A program made the position numbers and the translations under genes. The notes below the pieces were generated by a model, which saw only the letters and a list, made by a program, of their open reading frames with translations, searched no databases and was not told the DNA's origin. A stretch of 64,000 bases of DNA from Perkinsus chesapeaki ATCC PRA-425 (taxonomy: Eukaryota > Protista > Perkinsozoa): positions 23,035 to 87,034 of the forward strand of contig JAAPAO010000083.1 of the NCBI GenBank assembly GCA_013115145.1. The letters run 5' to 3'. Shown one piece after another: positions 35,894 through 47,752 of the stretch. How positions within the stretch are numbered: position 1 is the first letter of the stretch; each line of letters starts with the position of its first letter.

Positions 35894-37633
35894 ATGTTTC
35901 GAGTTTGTCTTGATAAATGTCGTAAAATTCATTTAAAGAGAGGGCTGAGCGGACGAGCATTGACGGTCGAGTTGTCAGCGTGCAGAAGTTCGGAGGAAAT
36001 AAGCGAAATAATTAAAAACAAGACTGACCGTTTCGAAGATACCCACTGGATCATCGCACTGCGAAGATTTGCCCACTTCAATTCCGAGGTCAAAACTCCA
36101 GACACTCGATTGGCGTTGAAGGTGTGCTTGTCTCTCCCGATCCGATCGCTCGATTTCCGAGCCGTTTCGGATATCATCTGGGCATTGGGGACGCTGGGCG
36201 TATCGAGGACGACAGCGCAACCATTCATCGACCAAGCAGTTCGCTTGGTGAGATTGTCAACGAGTCAGCCTCCACTGCAAAGGCTTGCGGCTTTACTGGT
36301 CGGGGTGGCTCGGGGGAAGTTCGAACGAGGGTGTCTCATGAGCGCGCTTGAAGGGAAAATGCGCATTGATAGGGATTGGTCCGGTAGAGATGTGAGTCTG
36401 TGCCTGTGGGCGTTGGGAAGATTCTCATACGAAGGACCTCTGGTCGACCTGTTCGCTGAATGGGTATCTAAGGTTGATGCGTGCAACATGAGTGAGCAAG
36501 ATTGGAGCTTGATACTTTTTAATTTGGGTCGGCTGGGACGGTTTGATTTGTCTCTGGTACCGTTGGCGAGTACTCGAATGAACGACTCTCGAAATGTTGC
36601 AACACTCCTCTGGTCCGCGGGCCAAGCCCAAGGCGGTGCGAAGATTCTCCAACGCGTTCTGAAGGACCATTACGAAGCCTTGTCAGATCGTTTGCTCCCA
36701 GCCGACATTCCGCAAGTGATGTGGGCGCTTGCTCGAGTAGACGGGTCGATGAGGTTGGGTTCCTTGGCGGTTCGGTTGGCTCAGAAATTAAGGGACGAGA
36801 ATTGGGTACCGATGAACAGACTTGAAGTCAACAACGTTGCGTATGGTCTCCACTGGTCGAGGGTAATGACAATGGACTGGTATGAGTGGCTGCATGGCTT
36901 GCTTAAACGCCATCTGGTCAAGTTGCCCACCAGAGATGTCGGCCCTGGGGTTGTCAGGGTAATTCCAGAATCGATTGTCGACGGAGCGAAGGAGCCTGTG
37001 ATGGTTTACACCTCCCTCGGCGGTGTTAGTATCGTCTACAAGCCCAACGCTTGGACTACAGAAATGACTCAAGAGTTCTTGGGAGAATCTTTGGTGCTTG
37101 CGCACCGTATAGATTTTGGGACGTCGGGTCCGCTGATGGGCACGGTGACTGAGGGAGAGGAGGCTGTCTTGGCCTTGCAGCAACAAGCTGGTTTGGTTGG
37201 TAAAAAATACCGATGCCTGGTCGAAGGGATTCTGATGGAAAAAGTGGGAGAGATTAATGCCCGCATTGAAAACCTGGAGACGTGGTGCGTGGTCTCGAGC
37301 GAAGGGAAGCCAGCGGTTACTCAGTACCGAGTTATTGAGGAGTTCCCCGGGGTCGGGGTGTCGCTGGTTCAATGTGAGCTGTTGAGTGGCAGGAAGCACC
37401 AAATTCGAGTGCATATGGCTTCGTTGGGCCACCCGCTCGTCGGCGATCCATGGTACAATTCAGAAACGAAATTGAAGCTGGAGGTGGGGAGAATTTTTTT
37501 ACACTGTCGCAGATTGGAGTGGATGGACCTGTATTCCACCAAAGAGCGGTATGGCGTTGAGGTGCCGCTACCGAGAGACCTCAGAGATATCTACGAGCAA
37601 GTTACGAAGGCTGAGATTGAAAGTCTGCAATGA
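35894..37633 (+). CDS. Helical-repeat (FAST/OPR/HPR-like) protein fused to RluA-family pseudouridine synthase, single exon, 579 aa
   Basis: Repeats SDIIWALGTLG, SLCLWALGRF, SLILFNLGRL, ATLLWSAGQ, PQVMWALARV; C-terminal HRIDFGTSG, GRKHQIRVHMASLGHPLVGDPWY, FLHCRRL. Confidence 0.88.
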   Translation: MFRVCLDKCRKIHLKRGLSGRALTVELSACRSSEEISEIIKNKTDRFEDTHWIIALRRFAHFNSEVKTPDTRLALKVCLSLPIRSLDFRAVSDIIWALGTLGVSRTTAQPFIDQAVRLVRLSTSQPPLQRLAALLVGVARGKFERGCLMSALEGKMRIDRDWSGRDVSLCLWALGRFSYEGPLVDLFAEWVSKVDACNMSEQDWSLILFNLGRLGRFDLSLVPLASTRMNDSRNVATLLWSAGQAQGGAKILQRVLKDHYEALSDRLLPADIPQVMWALARVDGSMRLGSLAVRLAQKLRDENWVPMNRLEVNNVAYGLHWSRVMTMDWYEWLHGLLKRHLVKLPTRDVGPGVVRVIPESIVDGAKEPVMVYTSLGGVSIVYKPNAWTTEMTQEFLGESLVLAHRIDFGTSGPLMGTVTEGEEAVLALQQQAGLVGKKYRCLVEGILMEKVGEINARIENLETWCVVSSEGKPAVTQYRVIEEFPGVGVSLVQCELLSGRKHQIRVHMASLGHPLVGDPWYNSETKLKLEVGRIFLHCRRLEWMDLYSTKERYGVEVPLPRDLRDIYEQVTKAEIESLQ

Positions 37634-38256
37634 CATGCCCTGTTTCTGGATGATGGCTTACTGTGTTCACAAGTGGGAGGATGATGTACATGGCACCTGA
37701 TGGCAAGGGGAGGGAGACAAATCTCACAAGAATCCGCTCGAGACACGTTGGACCACTAACAATGGTATACATCTCGCCCGTGAAAATTTTAGGGCTGAGG
37801 AGTTTAAGTTGGAATTAGTTGATGATATGGAAATGGTTTATAATAGAAGTGGCATTAAAGTGTTGAGAATGTCACTTATAAGTGCAATTTCCAACACTGT
37901 TATTAAGAGTACGTCCGCTGCTGTAAAAGAAGTATATTTTACTGACTGGAGTTGAGTCCCTTGTTACCTCATGTCGCTGTGTGATGGTAGGAGCATCGTT
38001 GGCGAGTGAGTGCATCATTTGTCAAGATGGATAGCGCACTTGTATGACCAAAGAAACATCGCCTATCGTTAGGGCTATCTTCGGCAATGTTTTAAGTACT
38101 GGTTAATCAAGGGCCTTGATTCAAGGCTGTGGAGATATGCACCACAGTGAAATGTTGAGGATCCTTACCCTCAGTCTGGGTTCTGTTATCATCGCGAATC
38201 ACACTGCTGGAGGGTAGATGGTATTGTTATCAGCCCCCCCTTTATTCTTCCCTAAT

Positions 38257-41200
38257 ATGACTGAGCGTAAGGTTATGAATAAATACTACCCTCCGGACTT
38301 CGATCCGTCCAAGCTCTTACCGATGAGAATGGTCAAGAAACCGAGAGTGGAACAGAAAGGTGAGGGAACTTTCTGACACCTCTAGCTGCTGAGTTGAGCA
38401 TCAGGCCCGAAGTGCATGAATATCCGAATGATGCTGCCGTTCTCAATGTGTTGCAGTCACTGCGGAGAGTATCTTTACATTGCAACCAAGTTCAACAGCC
38501 GGTAATCGGAAGGTCTCTGGTTCGATTCCTGGTAAGGACATCTTTTTAGGTGCCAAAAACTGCCAGAGAAGAGCTCTCTAGGATTAAACGTTTATAGATT
38601 CTATGGGAAATGCAAGCATTGTTTAGGTGAGAATATACCAGTTTTGGAATATACGTATGAAGTCCTTTAGGAAGACGACGAAAAATTAGGGAAGTTTCAC
38701 AAAAATTGAGGAAATTTCGCGAAGGAAATTCCCCTAAAACTAGGAATTTTTTTGGTATCACAAGGCCATGATTTAGACGGAGCAAGAAAATCGCTGTTCT
38801 TCGCTAATGAGGTATATCGGATACACTGACGATGCATGGTTCAAGCTAAGATACATTTTTGTTATTTCTCAGGCGAATTCACCTTTCGCACTGATCCCGA
38901 GCACTCTGATTACGTCCTGGAGACCGGCGGCACACGAACGTGAGTTTCATGCGTATTGTGCGAATTGTTACATTTAATAGAATGAACAAGAACGACTGCA
39001 GGTGTTGCTATTAACAAAAGTATCCGGGTTGGCGAGTCAAAACGTAGCTCTGAGTAGCGGACAAGAAATTCAGCTTTTTTGCAACGGAAAACGAGGATTG
39101 TACGCAGTTGATAAGGAGCCATGAGAAAGGGAATATTCAAGCTAGTGAGAAATGGCGCTGTGCAGTGTGCAAGCACACGGTAACTTATGCTGCCGACGTG
39201 AGGCGAGTCAGGAGAAAACTCAGTGTCTTGGGGAGCAACTTGGAACCGTTTAGAGACGTTTCCGTACTCGGATCTCAACGAAGAGATTTTGCCCGTCAGG
39301 TACGAAGGCTTCAAGGATGCCGACTTCGCCGAGGCTGAGGTGTCCCATAGGAAAACTGGAGAAGAGAATGGTAGGTTTGAGGGTGTTGACAGTGGGTGTA
39401 GCTAGAGGTGTCAGAATCCGAAACTAAGGCCATGGAGAATAGGATTTATGATACAGCGGAGGAAATGCGACGGTTGGATGAATTGGATGAACTGAAGGCA
39501 GTTAATCGAAGGTGAGGGATAGTAGGGACGTGAAATGTTAACAAATACACTTCATTTTGCGTTCTTATTTTACCTATAGTAAAAAAAGAAAATCATTATT
39601 GGTAACCACTTTAAACGCTTCAAAACGCCACGGCACAAGAAGCCTGTAGGGTTGGAGGAATTGTCAGGGGGGGCAGAAGCGGTAGTGAAGGAAGCCACGG
39701 GAGGATGAGCTCCGCGTCACGACATGTATAAAAAGACTGGGGGGATATCTGAGCGGTTAGTGCAAATTTGTGCATGCCTCAGGCAAGCTCAGCGGGATGA
39801 TTTAATCTCCACAGCGTTGGACAAGCTCTTTGATGGTGACGTGTCGGGTCCTGGCGGCAGCAGTTCATCGGGTGTTAAGGGGGAGAAGAAGGAGGAGGAT
39901 GGTGTGAAGAAGGAGGAAGGAGATACAGAGGAGGAGGAGGCAAAGGCGAATGATAAAGGTGAGAATGGCGCAGATCATTATCTAATCTCAGGAACAAAAG
40001 TAGGGGCTGATGTGGTCGATTTCTTGTGTCATGAAACGTTTACGAGTCTCTTATGCCTACACAACATCAATTTTCGATTTTCTCAATTTTCGATTCCTTC
40101 AATTATAGCGTTTTCTCGCATTTGCCTGATAAACTTGGACGCGCAATGTGCTACTCGGGGATCAGAATTTCTTCGTAGAGCAGAGATATGAAGACCATTA
40201 TAGGAGATAATCATGTTACTAAGAAACTTAAAAAATATCCCCCTTGGAACGTTCGGTGGTCCTCTGTGGCTTCTTGCAAGTAACCATTTGAAAAGATTTG
40301 GTGGGCGATACTGGAATCGCTATTAAGGGGGATATTTCTGGTTTAAATTATAAGAATATGCGTTAATGAATATGCAATACACATATGAACAATGGCCTTG
40401 TGTTGCTTTAACTTTTCAACAACTACCATTCATTTACAACATCCTCTAACTAACTTTTGATCAATCGTGTCATTAATAGCATTTACATCCTTAGTGATCG
40501 ATGTTGGTATCAAATGTAATAATTTAGTAACGTACATAGTTTATTTGCCAATGCTCATACAGTATGAGTCATACTGATGGATGGACTGACGGTGCCTCCA
40601 ATGGATCTTCTGCGATTACCAAGGAAGGCAGTATCTGAGAATTTCGAACGGCGTCGCATGGTTTCGATTTGACACGTCATACGTTGGAACAGGAAATGTT
40701 TTTATTGGCTTAGATGCCGCTGTGGCCGAGGCAGTGTTCAAGGGTGACATAGAATGGGAACGGGTCGAAGTTATATCTGATTCGGAGGATGAGGATAAGG
40801 AAGAGGAGAAATCGTCGGCAAAGGAGGTGGGAAATATCGAATAACCTGGCATCTACTCTGTATCACATGAAGTGCTGGGCATCGTCTGTCATCATTATGT
40901 TATTACTCTCTCCTTAGCCCACGCCTCCACCAGTTCATATAGCCGATGAGATTGAGGCAGCAGCTGCTAAACGGAAAGCATCTATGCCACATATGGTATT
41001 CAAGGCAAAGCCTAAAAAGAAGGCAAAGGTTGCGACACCGACTGCTGAAGGTAAGGGGATCGCAGGTTCGAATCCCGGCTGGAGAACCTCGATATTAGTG
41101 CTTTCCATACTCGTTTCGAATGTCATTGATAGCACAGTCATCCGAAGTGAAGTATCTGGTGACCACTGGGCACTGCCCTGGATTCATACCTCTGTCAGTT

Positions 41201-41519
41201 TGATCTGTTATGCTTTCACTGCTAGGAAGTATCAAGCACCCCCCCCAATTGAATGGAGACTTTATCTTTTCCTTGGTATCTCTTTCACTAGCTGGGCATC
41301 GAAAAACACTTTCCGATCACGTTCCCGAATCACAATTTTTATCTTGGTATCCGGAGAAAATTCCCGTACTGCATGTCCGCATCATTCGTAATACGCAAGG
41401 AAGTTGTCGGAAAGTTGGGATCACTATTGTTGTTTTCAGCGCCTCCTGTGAGCCTGGGAGCAGCCTTGGGTGGGTACGGCTCGTCGAGTAGTGACAGTGG
41501 CTCGAGCGGTGGTGATTGA
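38257..41519 (+). CDS. YJU2: Splicing factor YJU2 (CCDC94/Cwc16), multi-exon
   Basis: MTERKVMNKYYPPDFDPSKL, IRMMLPFSMCCSHCGEYLYIATKFNSR, LGLNVYRFYGKCKHC, FTFRTDPEHSDYVLETGGTR, KAMENRIYD..LDELDELK; ends SLGAALGGYGSSSSDSGSSGGD*. Confidence 0.96.
38502..38549 (+). pseudogene. 48-nt YJU2 intron consisting of a tRNA 3' half + T-run + AG
   Basis: gtaatcggaaggtctctggttcgattcctggtaaggaca-tcttttt-ag; removing it restores KFNSR|CQKLPE..LGLNVYRFY. Confidence 0.8.
41057..41086 (+). pseudogene. tRNA 3'-half-like fragment at the 5' end of the last YJU2 intron
   Basis: Donor GT at 41051; ggatcgcaggttcgaatcccggctggagaa; T stem imperfect, no T-run. Confidence 0.55.
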
Positions 41520-42798
41520 TAAATCATTATTTATGACGATCAGTACCATATGGACGTTTCATTTTGTGATACACAATTACAGTGTTAGTTAATTTGTCCT
41601 TTGTCCATACACGTGTAATCTTTCCCCGAAGAAGACGTTCCGATTGAGAGGTATTGTTTGCCAAGTGTGATGCACTTCCTCTGTTGGGCAAAGGGACAAC
41701 AATCGCTCATCACTTGCCCAGTCTTAAACATGCAAGGCGTTTGTCATAGGGCAATGAAAATTCCGAAGCTTAACTCGCAAAATTCGGTGCGTGCCGCCCG
41801 CCAAGGTAAATACAGTCTTTACGACTTCAAAAGTCGAATGCAATGCGCAAAAAGGACTGCGAAGTAGTTTTCAATGTAACTCGCTGAATGTTGTTTTGCT
41901 GGCCGAAAACTGTTGGTGGGCGAGGCTAGCACTCCCACGTCAGTCATAGTGAGTACGAGGCGACGTGGTGAGTCTTTCAATGTGTTCCTTTATGCACAAC
42001 TTGTGTGGCAGATGGAACATAGTAACGAAACTTCATAGAGCATTTCATTTTCTTTGCGCCTGGCATTTGCGCAGATGCTGTTTCCTGCCTGAAGTGAGCG
42101 CCGGCATACACATATTTGATCGTAACCGTGATCGATGCTATGGCTCGACAATCGCCGACTCTAGTGACACTATCGCAACGGCATTCCACGGAGAGGTGCT
42201 CAATGTAGAGGCAAAACAGCTCGGAGCTTGAGACTCGGAATGTTGCGAAGCATGATTTGCGCGGCCCTAAATCACCGTACGCGTGCGCACGTGGCTGGTC
42301 CACGAATGGCCAGAAATACTTGATAGTGTTGATACCCGTAGCCGAGGCGAGCTACATACGAGAGGTGTATAGATAGATATACGACGTGAGCTGAAGATGA
42401 AGGTACGTCAGATGATGGGATATAGGAAAGAGCTTTTTAGCATGTCAGGCTTCTATTTCAATGCGCACGCGTGCAGGGCTGGCCACAGAAGCTAAGGAGA
42501 ATCCATTACGGAGTTCATAGCTTGCTTGAGTTCTCACAGCAGCTCGCAGTTTATGTCTCCCTACGGAGTTTTTTGATGAGCTTTGCTGCATACACGCTTT
42601 TCTAAATAGTAAATAGTTTATTTTCCTTTGCGGCTGTTCTCTCAACGCTGTGGTAAATGTATGGAGGCAGGAATCTTCACGTTGCGCAAGATGCTTGTCT
42701 CTCAATCAGATTACTGTCCCTTAGGATACTTTTCCACGCTGAAGCTGAAGCTAGATTTAACAGCAGTTATCACTCCACTCACAGTTCTCTAAAGCAGC

Positions 42799-44746
42799 AT
42801 GATGTTTCCTCGTGCCTACCTAGCCCTAGCAGTGGTCATCGCCGCCTCCGCTGCCCCGATGGCCGAGGGGTCCTTCCCAGAGGAGAACCCTATGTATTAC
42901 TGCCACACTGATATGAGCTGGGGAGAGATACCGAAGCGTATTGATAACCCATGCGCGAAGCCGGTAAGTTGGTGCTCGAGTTTGATTGGTCAGAAGACTC
43001 TCATCCCAGAAAAAAGTGATGGTATTTGGTCGACATGGCGCTAGAGTCCTCACTAGAGACCTCAAATGTTGGGAGGGTGATGATACTGAGTGAGCCTCCT
43101 CGGTATCTAGACTGCCATTCCATTTGCCCTTCTCAGGTATATGTGTCCAGTCGCCACGTATTATGGGTTTATTAATAGTCCGTCCGAGGGCACCGGCCCT
43201 GGATGGACTAGACTGGCAGGAAAGCGAATGATGTTGAAGGGGAACTGCACATACGGTGAGGAATCTTAGGTTGATTAGCGCATAGCACTAGTGCGTCAGG
43301 GCAAGTTGTTGAGCCTGGCATCCAGCAGCACTTTTTGAATGGCCAGGAACTGAGAAAGGCTTATGCCGAACCGCTTCGCCTTGGAGAGGTAGATCGGTTA
43401 GTTTTAAGCCTTCTCCTAAAATTATGGACTTCATTTAGGCACCCTTGGAGCCTAAAGTTATGTTTCGATCGACTGAGTTCACCAGAACTATTCACAGTGC
43501 GCAAGCATTGGCAATGGGGCTCTTCCCAAATGTTCACAAATGTACGTATTTGGAGACCATCTCCTGCTGGAGTAGTTTTATTTGTCTTCAGATGGACCCG
43601 ACAAGCTTAACATAGTCATTAACGACTTGGATGTTGATTCCATGACTCCCAAGCCGAGAGTGAGTCGTTAAGTTAGTATGGTGTTGTTGCACCCCTTATA
43701 GGTCTGCCCTCGGCTTGGAAACTCTCTGGAGGATTTTCTCAAGTCTCCTGAAGCCATAAACCGGACGGATAGCACTCGAATTGAGCGTCAATTCATCGGC
43801 CTTACCAGCGGTCGTTATAATGAGTTCAACACCAACGACCCGACTAAGATGGACGGTCTTTATTCGGGAATGCTGGTAAGGTGCTCATCCGCTAGCTGGG
43901 CTCGCCTCTCTGTGAGTTTATAATGTATACAGAGCTTGGTTAGACTGTCCAATCTGTGAAGATGGGGATCCAATCTGGTTTCATGCTTCCACTGTGACGT
44001 TCATTTCCCTGTTCTGCATTCAGGACTGTCTTATGAGCCACATCTGTTCTACAGTCCCGAGCACTTCCCGAACTGTTCCTTATGGACTGGGTGAGGGCAG
44101 CTATCTTCTCAAGAGCATATCTGATGATGCGACGTAAGAGCATTTCCTCTGCCCGAATATGATGTTATCAAATTAGCTACTGGGACCTATTGCAGTATAA
44201 CTCTTCAGCCGAAACTCGCCGTCTAGCATTTGGCCCGTTGATCCAAGTACCTGCACTTCATCGCTCCACTATTGACTATCCTATTTTAGGATGTTCTCGA
44301 GGACCTTGACCTTCGAGAAAGACGTCTATCTGTTTACATTGGCCACGACACTGGTCCGACTAGCGTCTTCACCTCCGCTCTGGACCTGACATGTACATTT
44401 ATAGGTACACTTTATGTGACACTCTCTTTTCTTAGGGCTGGATTCTCGCCATAAATGCGCCAATTATTGGCCACCATTCGCCACGATGCTCATTCTTGAA
44501 GTCTACGACGACAGGCAAGTTCGCTGGCTGTATAATGGTAGAGTCGCATCAGTTGATGCCATCGACGAGTGCCGCGGGAAGTGAGTCGCACTTGAATGGA
44601 ATCTTGGAGTAATTCACAAACTTAGGGAGACCTGCAGTTTCGACTCGATGTATGAGTACTTGGCAAGGATGATTCCGAGCGAGGCCGAATGCAACGGACC
44701 TCCTGTTCTGGGACATGGCCATTTGAGGTCATCTTCTACCAACTGA
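42799..44746 (+). CDS. Secreted histidine acid phosphatase (clade 2), multi-exon
   Basis: Signal-like MFPRAYLALAVVIAASA; KKVMVFGRHGARVL (RHGxR), KGNCTYGQVVEPGIQQHFLNGQELRKAY, LSVYIGHDT (HD), WPPFATMLILEVY..VRWLYNG. Confidence 0.92.
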
Positions 44747-45199
44747 GTTTATTACATTCCAGTTTTGCTGCTCAAGTAGCGATCTATGTTTGACTTTCCC
44801 AATCAAGTTTATCGTTCAATCCTCGAATCCTTGAGTTGGTAAATCTACCAAACCCAACGCGGTTGCTGAGGACTTGGCAGTGTCAGTTGTTAAAGTCTCT
44901 ACTATTGTCAAGTACCCAATTGTTAAAGTTCTATTGTCAAATTACAAGCAAACTTGGATTCACAGGCCAACAGCCCAATACATGACCCCATTTACTGCTC
45001 AAGAAGACTGAACTGGACTGAAGCTCGATCTCGAAGTCGGGGACCAAAAAAATGCCGTCAAATCATGTCTCTAGAGAAGACTAGCATCGCTACCAAAGAA
45101 CCGAAAAAATAGTAAAATAGCAAGACCTGGTAACTATACCGAATGTCCAACGACTATGCTAGACTCATTTGGAAGATATTCCATAGGTTAGATGACGTA

Positions 45200-46950
45200 C
45201 ATACAGGCCTTGCCAGTCTCACCGAAAGCCGAGTAGCTAATACAGACGGCACCCGGAGCACAGGGCTGAAGAGAAATATCAATAAGCGGCTTCATCGGAG
45301 ATATTCTTGTATCACCTCGCTACTGCAGTCCAGCAGGCATCGATGTAGGATATCACTACAGAAGGGAGTAGTTGCAGTGCCTTGTGGCGCAGCAGGGCTT
45401 GTTGGGTCACAGAGCGGCGCACAAACCATGTAACCGACGTCAGGGCTCTGTTCAATGTTGATGAATATGAGCTCACGATTGTCTGTGTATTACATATTGA
45501 GCAAACTTATTCTGCCCATCAGGGCAGAAGCAAGGTCCCACGAACTTTTCATGACGTCTATCATAACCACATATATCCTCTGGTCTCCCATAGTAAGACA
45601 CACCTGTTGATAGGAATGACGACACTTAACAGTCAGGTTACCCTTACCGTCGACCATCTCCGTATTGTTAATATGATCTACAGCATTATATCTGAAAGGA
45701 ACACCTTCATGAGCCATTGGGCCAGTGAATCTTACAAGGAGGCATTCCTCAGAAATCCGATTTCGTCGGAAAGGGCCCCGAGGGTGACCATCATCAGCGA
45801 ATTGATGCGAATCAGAGCCATTACACGAAATAAGTGAAAAATGCCTTCTAGTTCATCGATGCTGCTACGATAGGCTGCCTGGCTTCCCCGCGGTGACATA
45901 GCGCTTCACTGGAGCGGCGCTGAGCGCCGCGCTTCATACAGGGTCAAATTCCCCTTCCGATGGGAGGGGAATACCCTCCGACCATCTGGCCTGCCCCTTC
46001 CTGTAGAAGAAGGGTTTGTAGAACAAGCCTGGTATGTTAGTGTCTCGAAGCGAAAAGCTTTGTACAGAGCTCGTAAGATATTGATTACTCATGTTAACTC
46101 TTCAGCAATCGGCTACTCGATAAACTTTTTGGCACACAATAGCCTAGACTCCAAACTATAGAGTAAAACCTATACATGGAGCGAATATACATCAATCGAC
46201 GATCGAAACTACCAGCGGAAACTTCCCGGTGAGTCAGCCCACCATAGTGGTAGGCTGAGTATGAGCTCACAGTACCAGCCCATACGCCCCCCTCCGAAGA
46301 AACCTGGACCCCTCCCGAACATAGAATCCTGTACTGTATAAAACCCTGGAGCGACTCCAGGGACAGTCTACGATGGGGTGTATTGAGGCTTTGAAGATGT
46401 GCTCGGCCATGGAGTATCAGTTGTACCTCAATCCGATGACTCAATTGTGAACCCTGCCGGGCGTAACTGTGACTCAGCAATTCTGGGTCAAGTTTCTGCG
46501 CGTGACTAATAGCGGTAGTGACCCCGCCAAGGAGCGATTCTGCGGAGTGACGTGGGACACTTTGGCAGCGTCGCGTTGTGGTTGTTTGGATGAGATATAA
46601 CTGATTCCAACCGTTGGCTTATTCCCCTTGTGGCTTAGCAAAAGGACGAGTAGTAGTCTGGTTACTCTCCGAGCCTCCTTCTGCGAGTACACGGTCAAAG
46701 GCATTCCACACGAAATTAAAGTCCACAAATTTGGGACAAGCATTGACTTGGGAAACTGGCGCCACTTGAGAAACTACTGCCAATACTCTCAGTGGAAGCG
46801 AATTCCAGCAAGGCTTTCACTCCGGCTCTTGAGAGCCCGGACACCTAACTCGGTTTCGATGTCTTATTCGATTATCTCGAGAAATACTGTAATTGCCAAG
46901 GGCAGTTCAAGCCCTGGCGGCATAAGTAGTCAGTTACGTTGGCAAAAGCA
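45200..46950 (-). mobile_element. Decayed Ty3/Gypsy-like RNase H-integrase relic
   Basis: Broken frames: ESLAGIRFH*EYWQ*FL, ISYISSKQPQRDAAKVS (RNase H-like), PFRYNAVDHI..YVVMIDVMKS (rve-like). Motif resemblance only. Confidence 0.4.
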
Positions 46951-47752
46951 GTACTGCTTTGCGTAAAGAACCTAGTACATACTCATAAATAGTTCTCGAA
47001 TGTATATACAAAATTTGACTCGCTGGAGTCATATACCCGAAAGTTCTAATGAAACCCTTATTGATACATTATGTGGTAGTTCGCTTTCCCTAATGCAGTA
47101 TTGATAGCACTGCACACATTTACCGACTATGCTTCCATAGCCTTCGCCACCCACTAGGTGGGCTATATGATATTATGGGTCGTGAGGATTCCTGGGATGC
47201 TGGCAAATTTGAACTGTTTTGGCTGAACTACAACCTCCTCAGCCCTGTCGCATCTTCAGCACCCCGAACTGAAGTGGTGACACGCTGAGGAGCGTAATAG
47301 TTCATGTAGCACCACTAAAACTCTGAAAAATATGCACAGGTTACTCGAGCTAAAGTAAAAAAAACTATGAAAACTCGCCGAGGCTCTTCGTGGACTACGC
47401 ATGTGAAGGTCCAGCCTGGCCGCTGATAAAAGAAATGTTCGCCCCAAAGATGTTCGAGGCGGGAAAGTGCCCGACTCTAATCATCTAATCTCGTCAATGT
47501 ACCATGTTTCGAAGCCTAAGGGCTTACCCCCTGACTTGGAGGTTTACCCTGACGAACACTACTCGCATTACGAGTCGGAAACGCTATTAGAGTCAAGTAC
47601 TATAATAGCGAAATTGGATGATCTCTTACACAATCTTGACCCCAATCCAAAGACATAAGAAGCTTCGTAAAAAGGCGGCCTGTTTAGCCAAAAAAAGGTC
47701 AACTAATCATTATTCTCATTAAGCATGACCAAGTGGGAGATGACTACGTAGA

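Noticed and set aside
9478-42345. CCGTAGCC matches to the SL 5' end (9479, 10033, ~34805, ~42336)
   Set aside because: About 2 hits of an 8-mer are expected by chance; two are the same duplicated site and one lies in an exon-like frame.
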